Assembly: GCA_937891845.1 (NCBI GenBank)
Contig: CALATP010000049.1
Coordinates: 26,744 to 90,743, forward strand
Direction: 5' to 3'
From: an uncultured Porphyromonadaceae bacterium
GTDB taxonomy: Bacteria > Bacteroidota > Bacteroidia > Bacteroidales > Barnesiellaceae_A
Length of the DNA: 64,000 nucleotides
Positions within the stretch are counted from its first letter, which is position 1, and each line of letters begins with the position of its first letter. Below the pieces are notes generated by a model. It saw nothing but the letters and a program-made list of their open reading frames with translations. It ran no database searches and was not told where the DNA came from. Of the stretch, positions 19,653-28,572 are shown piece by piece. The position numbers and the translations under genes were made by a program.

Positions 19653-20495
19653 ATGAAACGAAATTTAATAATTTTATTAATTCTCAGCTTTTTCAGTATG
19701 AGTTATAATTCAAACAAAACTGCAGATGGCGTAAGTGCCGGAAAGAATGTCTATGTTGAGGTTGAGACTTCAATGGGCAAGATTGTGCTGATGTTGTATA
19801 ATGAAACCCCGGCACACCGTGATAACTTTGTAAAATTGGTCAATGAGGGTTATTATAATGGAACTCTCTTTCATCGTGTTATCAATCAGTTTATGATTCA
19901 AGGAGGAGACGGTGACTCACGTAATGCTGCTCCTGATGCGATGTTGGGAACCGGTGACCCCGGTTATACAGTACCGGCCGAGATTGTATATCCTAAATTC
20001 TTCCATAAAAAAGGTGCTTTGGCAGCCGCTCGTAAGGGTGATGAGGTAAATCCCGACAGAGCTTCGTCGGGCTCTCAATTTTATATTGTGACAGGAAATG
20101 TCTATCCCGAAGGACAATTAGGTCAGTTGGAGAAACAAATGCAAATGCAACGTGAGCAAACAATATTCAATACTTTGGTTGCTGCTCACCGAGACGAAAT
20201 AATGAACTTGCGTCGCAACCGAGACCAAGCCGGATTGCAGGCTCTGCAAGAACAACTTATAGCCGAAACCAAGCAACAAGCAGCCTTGTGTGAGCCGATA
20301 GCGTTCACTCCTGAACAAAAAGCTGCCTATTCGACTGTAGGAGGCGCTCCTCATCTTGATGGTACGTATACAGTTTTTGGAGAAGTGGTTGAAGGTATCG
20401 AGATTGTAGAACAAATAGAAAAAGTGGAAACCAATCGTGCCGATCGTCCTATTGAGGATGTGAAAGTAATATCGATGAAGATTGTAGAAAGATGA
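19653..20495 (+). CDS. Secreted cyclophilin-type peptidyl-prolyl isomerase with a long internal helical insertion
   Basis: Signal peptide MKRNLIILLILSFFSM and cyclophilin signature FHRVINQFMIQGGD. The fold resumes at GGAPHLDGTYTVFGEV after an insertion of roughly 80 aa rich in Q, E and L. Confidence 0.85.
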   Translation: MKRNLIILLILSFFSMSYNSNKTADGVSAGKNVYVEVETSMGKIVLMLYNETPAHRDNFVKLVNEGYYNGTLFHRVINQFMIQGGDGDSRNAAPDAMLGTGDPGYTVPAEIVYPKFFHKKGALAAARKGDEVNPDRASSGSQFYIVTGNVYPEGQLGQLEKQMQMQREQTIFNTLVAAHRDEIMNLRRNRDQAGLQALQEQLIAETKQQAALCEPIAFTPEQKAAYSTVGGAPHLDGTYTVFGEVVEGIEIVEQIEKVETNRADRPIEDVKVISMKIVER

Positions 20496-21730
20496 TAAAT
20501 GTATCACATTTTATACTTTCTAATGGTCTGCGAGTATTGCATCATCACGATGCCAATACTCGTATGACTGTTTTAAATGTGCTGTATGATGTGGGTTCAA
20601 AAGATGACCCTGCAAATCGCACCGGATTTGCACACCTGTTTGAACATTTGATGTTTGGCGGGTCGAAACATATACCCGACTTTGATATGCCACTGCAGCA
20701 AGCCGGTGGAGAAAATAATGCTTGGACAAGTAATGACGTAACCAATTATTACACCATAGCACCTACTCATAATATAGAAACGGCCTTTTGGCTTGAGTCG
20801 GACAGAATGTTGGAGCTTGATTTCTCACAACATAATTTAGATGTTCAGCGTAATGTTGTCATAGAGGAGTTTAAGCAACGTAATCTCAATCAACCTTATG
20901 GTGATGTGTATCAATTGATACGCCCGTTGATATATACAGTACACCCCTATCAATATCCGGTAATAGGAAAGTGTATAGAAGATATTGAGAATGCTACCCT
21001 CGATGAGGTAAAGCAGTTTTATTATGAACATTATGCACCCAATAATGCAATATTGTGTGTTGCCGGTAGTATATCGTTGGACGAAACCAAACGACTGTGT
21101 GAAAAGTGGTTCGGCCCTATTCCGGCTAGGAGTATAAAACCCAGACAGTTGCCTCAAGAGCCAAAACAAACTGCACCGCGACGATTGAGTGTTGAGCGTG
21201 ATGTGCCACTAGATGCATTGGTCAAGGTGTATAGGATGTGTGATCGCAAAGACAAAAATTACCAGGCTAGTGATTTATTATCTGATGTTCTAGGTACCGG
21301 TGCATCTTCTCGATTACACCAATCACTTGTTCAGAATAGACGAATTTTTAATAGTATAGATGCGTCGATAAGTGGAGAGATAGAGACCGGAATGTTTATC
21401 ATTAATGGTAAACTAAACAAAGGTGTGACAATAGAAACCGGAGAGAAAGCAATTCTTGAAGAGATAGAAAAATTGCAATGCGAAGGTATAACTCGACGAG
21501 AAATTAATAAAGTAGTGAATAGCTTCGAAGCCGAGCATCTTGTATCGAATCTTAGCTATGCCGACAAGGCAGCCAATCTTGCTTATCACGAATTGATAGG
21601 TCACGCCAATGATATAAATTTAGAGGTTGATAAATATAAATCCTTGACTCCTGAAATAATACAAAGTGTTGCTATTGATATTTTGAGAGAAGAAAATTGC
21701 TCCACTTTGCTCTATCACGCCCAAAGATGA
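20492..21730 (+). CDS. M16 (pitrilysin/insulinase) family zinc peptidase
   Basis: Inverted zinc motif HLFEH (HxxEH) at residues ~49-53. 412 aa. Its ATG overlaps the upstream TGA (ATGA). Confidence 0.88.
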   Translation: MINVSHFILSNGLRVLHHHDANTRMTVLNVLYDVGSKDDPANRTGFAHLFEHLMFGGSKHIPDFDMPLQQAGGENNAWTSNDVTNYYTIAPTHNIETAFWLESDRMLELDFSQHNLDVQRNVVIEEFKQRNLNQPYGDVYQLIRPLIYTVHPYQYPVIGKCIEDIENATLDEVKQFYYEHYAPNNAILCVAGSISLDETKRLCEKWFGPIPARSIKPRQLPQEPKQTAPRRLSVERDVPLDALVKVYRMCDRKDKNYQASDLLSDVLGTGASSRLHQSLVQNRRIFNSIDASISGEIETGMFIINGKLNKGVTIETGEKAILEEIEKLQCEGITRREINKVVNSFEAEHLVSNLSYADKAANLAYHELIGHANDINLEVDKYKSLTPEIIQSVAIDILREENCSTLLYHAQR

Positions 21731-21897
21731 GATTCTTGTAATCTCCGGGAGGTGAAATTGACATAAACAACACATATATTATCACTTAAAGGGCTTAAAT
21801 TGTAAAATTTATGTCCTTTTTTTATGAATTGCCAAAATATTTTTATTACTTTGTGATGCCTTATAAGGTAAAGTATAAATTATTAATTTTAATAGTG

Positions 21898-23703
21898 ATG
21901 GAAAATAACCATTTAGACCCGGCTGCCCAAGGCGGCACTACTAACATCCCAGAACAAGAGCAACCTGTTGTTGTGGATAATAACAATGAAACTCCTCTTT
22001 TGAGTCGTGAAGAAATTCTTGAGCGCGTACGTGCTATTGTAGACTCTCCTATCGAAGAGGTTAAAGATGAGATAGAAAATTTGAAACAGAATTATTACAA
22101 AGTGAAGCGTGCCGAAACGGAAGCAGCTTTTAAGGCTCATATTGAGCAAGGATTGGCCGAAGCAGATTTTGTGCCGGAGTTTGACGCTTATGAGGAGCCT
22201 TTGAAAGAGCTTTTGACAGCATTCAAAGAACGCAAAGCTTTATATATACAAGAGCAAGAAAAGCAACGTGAAGCTAATCTTGCTCGCAAAAATGAGTTGT
22301 TGGCCGAGTTGGAAACTATTGTAACTATGCCTGATGATGTGGGTAAACAATACCAACGAGTACAACAAATACAGCAAGAATTTAAGACTCCAACCGATCT
22401 CCCTGCACAAGCCGTAACCGACCTGTGGAAGAGATACCAAAATCTCACAGAGCAATTCTATGACCTCTTGAAAATAAACAAGGAATTGAGAGATTATGAT
22501 TTCAAGAAAAATTTGGAACAAAAAGAGTTGTTGTGTAAGAGTGCTGAGGACTTGGCTGATGTAGAAGATGTTGTTGCTGCTTTCAAGCAATTACAGTTGC
22601 TCCATAACGAATGGCGTGAGATAGGTCCTGTAGCCAAGGAGTTGCGTGATGATATATGGAATAGATTTAAGGATGCATCTACTGTAATAAACAAACGTCA
22701 TCAAGCATTCTTTGAGAGTCGTAAAGAACAAGAAACACAAAATGAAAATGCAAAAACTGCTCTTTGCGAGGAGATTGAGCAAATCATAGAAATACTTCCT
22801 ACTCTCGATAATTACAATGCTTGGGATGAAAAAACACGTGCAATTCTTCAATTGCAAGAACGCTGGAAAACAATTGGTTTTGCATCAAGAAAAAACAATA
22901 CAAGTTTGTTTGAACGTTTCAGACAAAGTTGTGATAAATTCTTCGTTGCCAAAGCCGAGTATTTCAAGAGTGCTAAAGAGAATATGAATGCCAACCTTGA
23001 GAAAAAGCGTGCATTGTGTGAAAAGGCTGAGGCCTTGAAGGATAGTACCGATTGGAAAGCCACCGGTGATGTTTTGGTAGCATTGCAAAAGGAGTGGAAA
23101 GAGATAGGCCCCGTTGCGAAGAAATATTCGGATGCAGTATGGAAACGATTTAATGAAGCTTGTGATTATTTCTTTGAGCAAAAGAAAAAAGCATTCTCAT
23201 CGACACGTGAGACCGAAAATGCCAATCTTCAAGCCAAGAAAGCCGTTATTGCGCGATTGGCTGCAATAGATGATACAATCGATGATGAGTCGGCTCGTGC
23301 CATCATCAAGGAGGCCACGACCGAATGGAATAGCATAGGTCACGTGCCTTATCGCGAGAAAGATAAGATTTATAAAGAGTATCAGGCATTATTGGATGCT
23401 TTGTATGGTCGATTTAATAAAAATCGCAACCGTAGTCGTATGGCCAATTTTACCAATTCTTTACAACAACTTGGCGAAGGTGGTAACGATCGTCTATATC
23501 GCGAAAGAGAGAAACTTGCTCGTAGCTATGAGATGAAAAAGAATGAGATACAAACCTACGAAAATAATAAAGGCTTCTTCTCTCTATCTTCTACTCGAGC
23601 CGAGAGTCTGTTGCAAGATCTTGACCGTAAGATCAAGAAACTTCACGAAGAGATGGAGTTGATAGAACAGAAAATAAATCTGATAGACGAAAAATTACAA
23701 TAA
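21898..23703 (+). CDS. DUF349 repeat protein
   Basis: There are at least four copies of the W-x-x-IG...W-x-x-F repeat: LHNEWREIGPVAKELRDDIWNRF, LQERWKTIGFASRKNNTSLFERF, LQKEWKEIGPVAKKYSDAVWKRF and TTEWNSIGHVPYREKDKIYKEY. I prefer the ATG at 21898. Confidence 0.8.
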   Translation: MENNHLDPAAQGGTTNIPEQEQPVVVDNNNETPLLSREEILERVRAIVDSPIEEVKDEIENLKQNYYKVKRAETEAAFKAHIEQGLAEADFVPEFDAYEEPLKELLTAFKERKALYIQEQEKQREANLARKNELLAELETIVTMPDDVGKQYQRVQQIQQEFKTPTDLPAQAVTDLWKRYQNLTEQFYDLLKINKELRDYDFKKNLEQKELLCKSAEDLADVEDVVAAFKQLQLLHNEWREIGPVAKELRDDIWNRFKDASTVINKRHQAFFESRKEQETQNENAKTALCEEIEQIIEILPTLDNYNAWDEKTRAILQLQERWKTIGFASRKNNTSLFERFRQSCDKFFVAKAEYFKSAKENMNANLEKKRALCEKAEALKDSTDWKATGDVLVALQKEWKEIGPVAKKYSDAVWKRFNEACDYFFEQKKKAFSSTRETENANLQAKKAVIARLAAIDDTIDDESARAIIKEATTEWNSIGHVPYREKDKIYKEYQALLDALYGRFNKNRNRSRMANFTNSLQQLGEGGNDRLYREREKLARSYEMKKNEIQTYENNKGFFSLSSTRAESLLQDLDRKIKKLHEEMELIEQKINLIDEKLQ

Positions 23704-23712
23704 ACAATGATA

Positions 23713-23739
23713 GCAGTGTCAAGATAATCTTGGCACTGC
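23713..23739 (+). terminator. Hairpin downstream of the DUF349 gene
   Basis: GCAGTGTCAAGA-TAA-TCTTGGCACTGC forms a 12-bp stem with one G-U pair. The trailing U-tract is weak. Confidence 0.5.
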
Positions 23740-23833
23740 AATCTTGATATATCATAGTGGCGATGTAATGTTGCAATATGTTGTTTGGTGTCAATCATAT
23801 TGCATAACAACGAAATAGGTACACAATTGGGTA

Positions 23834-23841
23834 TATCTTTG
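23834..23841 (+). promoter_or_regulatory. Candidate -7 box (TAtcTTTG) upstream of the first phosphoglycosyl transferase
   Basis: TATCTTTG lies 73 nt upstream of the ATG at 23914. Confidence 0.4.
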
Positions 23842-23913
23842 TTTATTTATAATATTGTGTAATACTTGAAGTGACCGGTGACATTGTCGGTCAACTTTTA
23901 CAACAAAATACAT

Positions 23914-25299
23914 ATGGCCTCTAAAGGACGCTATGGAAAATATTTACGCAGTTTGATTGTCGTAGGAGACTTTTTATGTATCAATTTTGCGTATCTATTG
24001 GCCAGTTTGGTTTTTGAATTTAATCCCGATTTTTATAATCACCTTATATGGGCACTGCTCAATGTTGCCTATATACCTGTGAGTACATTGTTTTCACAGA
24101 TACACAATCAGCGTATTGTATATGCCAATCACGTAGTAATTACAGCGTTACAGTCAACGCTGTTTCACGCAGTGATATTTGTGGCTCTATTGTACTTTGC
24201 GCGTGATATTGAAACAATCAATTTGCACCAGTTGTTGGTTCTATACAGCATAATTGTTGTTCTTACCCCTTTGTGGTGGATTACAGCGCGAAAATTACTG
24301 AAATCCTATCGTCGCAAAGGATACAACTTTAGAAAAGTAATAATCATAGGTTATGGCCGTTCGGGTAAGATGCTTGAAAGTGCGCTACTGACCGATGTTG
24401 GTTATGGCTATAAACTTATTGGAGTCTTTGATGATAATGTATCATTGAAGGAAGAACACAAATTATATAGGGGTACCATAGCTGATGTGGAAAATTTTGT
24501 GCGTAACAATGATGTTGATGAAATTTATTGCGCACTTCCCACCTCTGAGGAAGAAAAGGTGTTGTCATTGACTAGTTTTGCCGAAGCAATGGCAATACAT
24601 TTCTATATAATTCCTAGTATTACCCCCTATTTGCACAGACGTATTCACTTCGATAATATTGGTGATGTTCCTATTATGAGTATACGTCGTGAACCACTTG
24701 AGCATCCGCTGAACAATTTAGTGAAACGAACTTTCGATATATTGTTTTCGGGTATTGTATTGTTGTTTACACCTTTGGTGCTCATTCCTGTGGGAATAGC
24801 AGTAAAATGCTCATCTCCCGGCCCTATATTTTTCAAGCAAAAACGTACCGGATTGCGTGGTAAGGAATTTGTATGTTATAAATTCAGAACAATGCGCGTT
24901 AATAGTGCCAGTGATGAACAACAAGCTACTAAAAATGATCCTAGAAAAACTCGAGTTGGAGAGTTCTTGCGTAAATCCAATATAGATGAGTTGCCACAGT
25001 TTTGGAATGTATTGAAAGGTGATATGTCGGTTGTTGGACCCCGTCCGCATATGATTAAGCATACCGAGGATTACTCAAAGCTGATAGAAAGCTATATGTT
25101 GCGCCATCTTGTTAAGCCGGGTATTACCGGATGGGCACAAGTCAATGGTTATCGAGGTGAAACAAAGGAGCTGTGGCAAATGGAGAAACGTGTGCAATAT
25201 GATGTGTGGTATATTGAAAATTGGGATTTCTTCTTGGACATCAAGATTATATACCTTACTATTGCCAATGTTTTTAAAGGTGAGAAAAATGCTTATTGA
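23914..25299 (+). CDS. Polyprenyl-phosphate hexose-1-phosphate transferase (large WbaP-like initiating phosphoglycosyl transferase)
   Basis: N-terminal multi-TM region and central Rossmann-like domain (VIIIGYGRSGKML). C-terminal bacterial sugar transferase domain (PIFFKQKRTG, DELPQFWNVLKGDMSVVGPRP). I prefer the ATG at 23914 to the GTG at 23878. Confidence 0.85.
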   Translation: MASKGRYGKYLRSLIVVGDFLCINFAYLLASLVFEFNPDFYNHLIWALLNVAYIPVSTLFSQIHNQRIVYANHVVITALQSTLFHAVIFVALLYFARDIETINLHQLLVLYSIIVVLTPLWWITARKLLKSYRRKGYNFRKVIIIGYGRSGKMLESALLTDVGYGYKLIGVFDDNVSLKEEHKLYRGTIADVENFVRNNDVDEIYCALPTSEEEKVLSLTSFAEAMAIHFYIIPSITPYLHRRIHFDNIGDVPIMSIRREPLEHPLNNLVKRTFDILFSGIVLLFTPLVLIPVGIAVKCSSPGPIFFKQKRTGLRGKEFVCYKFRTMRVNSASDEQQATKNDPRKTRVGEFLRKSNIDELPQFWNVLKGDMSVVGPRPHMIKHTEDYSKLIESYMLRHLVKPGITGWAQVNGYRGETKELWQMEKRVQYDVWYIENWDFFLDIKIIYLTIANVFKGEKNAY

Positions 25300-25326
25300 T
25301 TGTATCTGTTTTTTATAGATAAGAAT

Positions 25327-25354
25327 GAGGAGTCGCGCAATAACGCGACTCCTC
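25327..25354. terminator. Bidirectional terminator between convergent genes
   Basis: GAGGAGTCGCG-CAATAA-CGCGACTCCTC forms a perfect 11-bp stem. It is followed by TTCTATT on the plus strand and by TCATTCTT on the minus strand. Confidence 0.75.
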
Positions 25355-25376
25355 TTCTATTAGGGATTACGGCTGT

Positions 25377-25775
25377 TTAATCTTTCAATGAATTATTTCG
25401 TAGCTTTTCTTGCTCTTCCTTACTCAATGTTCGGAATGAGAGGATGTGTGTTGTAACTGCTGTTGCAATTATTATGAGTAGTATTGTAACCCACATATTC
25501 TTTACAATAATGCACGAAATGATAATTGTTATCCATAGAGTGGAAACTGATATAATCTTGATGCGTAGAGGAATGGCTCGATATATCCTAAAGTTGGTTA
25601 CAACATTATTGAACGTCTTGTATGACATTGCCTTTGCGTATAATTTGTCAGATCCTTTCATTAAGCAAAATGCCGATAAAAGCCACAATGGTGTAGTGGG
25701 AAGTAGCGGTAAAAACATACCCGCAAAACCAATTATAAAGGATAGTATTCCAATGATGGACCAAAACAAGTTCAT
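25377..25775 (-). CDS. YbaN/DUF454 family inner-membrane protein
   Basis: 132 aa. The N-terminus IIGFAGMFLPLLPTTPLWLLSAFCLMKGS is characteristic of DUF454. Confidence 0.8.
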   Translation of the reverse strand: MNLFWSIIGILSFIIGFAGMFLPLLPTTPLWLLSAFCLMKGSDKLYAKAMSYKTFNNVVTNFRIYRAIPLRIKIISVSTLWITIIISCIIVKNMWVTILLIIIATAVTTHILSFRTLSKEEQEKLRNNSLKD

Positions 25776-25778
25776 ATA

Positions 25779-26747
25779 TCAGCGAGCTGTATATTCGTTT
25801 GTTAAACGGAAGCCTCTAAGTAACTCTTCGGCCGAAAGACGTTTTTTTCCTGCGAGTTGGAGTGATAATATATTGAGCAACCCTCCTTCGCAAGCAATTT
25901 GTATATTTCGTTTACCATCAGTTATAATTGCACCGTAAGGTTTATTATGCTGACATTCTTGTATTGAGGTCTCAAATACTTTGACTCCGGTGATATTTTC
26001 ATCGGGTGAAACAAACTCGCACCAAGCAGCAGGATATGGTGACAGACCACGTACTTGGTTGTGAAGTTCTATAACGTTACGTGTAAAGTCGAGATGGCAA
26101 GTTTCTTTGAAAATTTTGGGTGCCGGACGCAAAGGCTGATCGGTCATAAGTTCTTCTTGTGGTATGGCTGTGATATTGTCGGCAATAATATTGTCGACTG
26201 TTTCGCATACCATTTCAGCTCCCTTACACATAAGTTTATCGTGTATAACGCCCACATTGTCGTTATCAGCAATAGGGATACTGCGGCGTTGTATGACTTT
26301 ACCTGTATCTATTTCGTGTGTAAGAAAAAACGTAGTAATACCGGTCTCTTTATCACCATTCATAATAGCCCAGTTGAGTGGAGCAGCACCTCTATATTGT
26401 GGTAGAAGTGAAGCGTGCAGATTGAATGTTCCCATTGGTGGCATATCCCACACTATTTGCGGTAACATTCTGAATGCAACTACAATTTGTAAATCGGCTT
26501 TATATGAGCGCAGCTCTTCAATAAAGGCTTCATCTTTGAGCTTTTCAGGTTGTAATATGGGCAGACCTACCGATAAAGCATATTGTTTGACCGGAGAGTA
26601 TTGTATTTTGTGTCCTCGGCCGGCAGGCTTGTCGGGCATTGTTACTACTGCTACTACGTTGTATTGTCGTTCTACGAGTAAGCGGAGAGTCTCGACAGCA
26701 AAGTCGGGTGTCCCCATATATACAATTCGTAAATCTTGTTTTGTCAT
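25779..26747 (-). CDS. fmt: Methionyl-tRNA formyltransferase
   Basis: 322 aa. Contains RIVYMGTPDFAV and HASLLPQYRGAAP. Confidence 0.95.
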   Translation of the reverse strand: MTKQDLRIVYMGTPDFAVETLRLLVERQYNVVAVVTMPDKPAGRGHKIQYSPVKQYALSVGLPILQPEKLKDEAFIEELRSYKADLQIVVAFRMLPQIVWDMPPMGTFNLHASLLPQYRGAAPLNWAIMNGDKETGITTFFLTHEIDTGKVIQRRSIPIADNDNVGVIHDKLMCKGAEMVCETVDNIIADNITAIPQEELMTDQPLRPAPKIFKETCHLDFTRNVIELHNQVRGLSPYPAAWCEFVSPDENITGVKVFETSIQECQHNKPYGAIITDGKRNIQIACEGGLLNILSLQLAGKKRLSAEELLRGFRLTNEYTAR

Positions 26748-26762
26748 CTTTTTACCTTATTA

Positions 26763-28568
26763 TTAATCTTGTGAATAGTGTACCAATACACGACGATAAG
26801 AGTTGAAAATTTTTGATTTTGATACAAATCCAATATACTTTCCTTCTTCGTCGACAACCGGAAGATTCCAAGCATTGGTGTCGTCAAATGTTCTCATCAC
26901 AGTCTCCATATTCATATTTATTACAATACGAGCGGGAGGAATAGACATAAATCTGTTTACATACATACGGTTATATAGTGCCGGACGGAACATAATATTT
27001 CGGATATCATCGAGCAATACTATACCCAATAGTTTGTTCTCGTTATTGATAACCGGGAATATGTTGCGATGTGATTGCGATATAACTTTCACCATATCTC
27101 CCAATGACATATCGGGTTTTACTGTTAGAAAGTCTTTCTCTATGACACTATCCATCTTGAGTAGTGTGAGAACCGTTTTGTCTTTGCCGTGTGTTAGCAA
27201 TTCGCCTTTTTGAGCCAAACGCATTGTATAAATGCTGTGCTTCTCAAAGATACGGATTGTAGCATATGCAACCGTAGACGTAATCATAAGAGGTAAGAAT
27301 AATGCATAACTACCGGTTAATTCTACAGTTAGGAAGATGGCCATAAGTGGTGCGTGCATTACACCAGACATTACACCGGCCATACCCATTAGTGCAAAAT
27401 TTTTACTTGACAAATCGGGCGTAAATTCAAAGAGATTGAACGTGTATGCAAAAAAGAAACCGGCAAAACAACCAACGTAAAGACTAGGTGCAAATGTACC
27501 ACCTACTCCACCGGCGCCATTAGTAGCTGCAGTGGCAACCACTTTGGTGAGAACAATTGCTGCTGTAAATACCAGCATTGCCCATACGGTGTCGCTCCAT
27601 TCATACAAAGCACTACCACGCATTAGTTCGTCGGTCTCTCCTGCCAATAGCATCAAGATTGATTCGTAACCTTCACCATATAGTGGTGGTAATAAGAAGA
27701 TACATAGACCCAACAAAATAGAACCAAAACCAAACTTCTTCCACGGATTGGCTAATTTGCGGAATATACCTTCTATCTTGTTCATACTGCGAGTAAAGTA
27801 CAGTGATACAAATCCGCAAAATATACCTAAGAATATAACGTAAGGTATACGGTCAAATCCAAAGATTTCGGTTTGCTCAAACATAAATTCGGCTGCTGTT
27901 CCGTGATAAAGATATGATACAGTAACTGCGGTAATTGACGATATGAGCAACGGGAGAACCGAGGTAGCTGTTAGGTCTACCATCAGAACTTCTATGGTAA
28001 ATAGTATACCTGCAATGGGTGCTTTAAAGATACCTGCAATGGCCGATGCCGCACCACATCCCATCATAAGCATTAGAACATTGGGAGGCATACGGAATAA
28101 ACGACCTATGTTTGAGCCAATAGATGCACCGGTATATACGATTGGTGCCTCAGCTCCGACCGAACCACCAAAACCGATAGTGACAGAGCTGGCTACAATA
28201 GACGAATACATATTGTGAGGTTTTACGCGACTTTTACGTTGAGAGAATGCGTGAAGGATACGTGTAACACCGTGAGAGATATCATCTTTGACAATGTATC
28301 TGACAAATAGTCCTACCAAGAAAACACCTACAATAGGATAAATAAAATATAGTCCGTTGAGACCTTCGTTTATCATATGTGATGTGAGTAAGTGTTGTAT
28401 GGCGTGTATCATCCATTTGAGCAATACGGCGGCCAATCCGGTGAAAAGTCCTACTGCAAAGCTCATTATAAGGGTAAATGTACGCGTACTTATGTGCGAT
28501 TCTCTCCACATAAGAAATCGCATAAACCAATCTTTGTATGTTTTTATTATTTCTTGTTTCATAACCAT
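26763..28568 (-). CDS. ClC family voltage-gated chloride channel/antiporter with a C-terminal CBS pair
   Basis: 601 aa. Selectivity-filter-like GGSVGAEAP and GGTFAPSL, many TM helices, and a C-terminal CBS pair. Confidence 0.88.
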   Translation of the reverse strand: MVMKQEIIKTYKDWFMRFLMWRESHISTRTFTLIMSFAVGLFTGLAAVLLKWMIHAIQHLLTSHMINEGLNGLYFIYPIVGVFLVGLFVRYIVKDDISHGVTRILHAFSQRKSRVKPHNMYSSIVASSVTIGFGGSVGAEAPIVYTGASIGSNIGRLFRMPPNVLMLMMGCGAASAIAGIFKAPIAGILFTIEVLMVDLTATSVLPLLISSITAVTVSYLYHGTAAEFMFEQTEIFGFDRIPYVIFLGIFCGFVSLYFTRSMNKIEGIFRKLANPWKKFGFGSILLGLCIFLLPPLYGEGYESILMLLAGETDELMRGSALYEWSDTVWAMLVFTAAIVLTKVVATAATNGAGGVGGTFAPSLYVGCFAGFFFAYTFNLFEFTPDLSSKNFALMGMAGVMSGVMHAPLMAIFLTVELTGSYALFLPLMITSTVAYATIRIFEKHSIYTMRLAQKGELLTHGKDKTVLTLLKMDSVIEKDFLTVKPDMSLGDMVKVISQSHRNIFPVINNENKLLGIVLLDDIRNIMFRPALYNRMYVNRFMSIPPARIVINMNMETVMRTFDDTNAWNLPVVDEEGKYIGFVSKSKIFNSYRRVLVHYSQD

Positions 28569-28572
28569 TCAA

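Noticed and set aside
25444-26766. Long plus-strand ORFs (164, 116 and 200 aa) antisense to ybaN and fmt
   Set aside because: fmt and ybaN are recognisable on the minus strand with conserved motifs. The antisense products are low-complexity and match no family I know.
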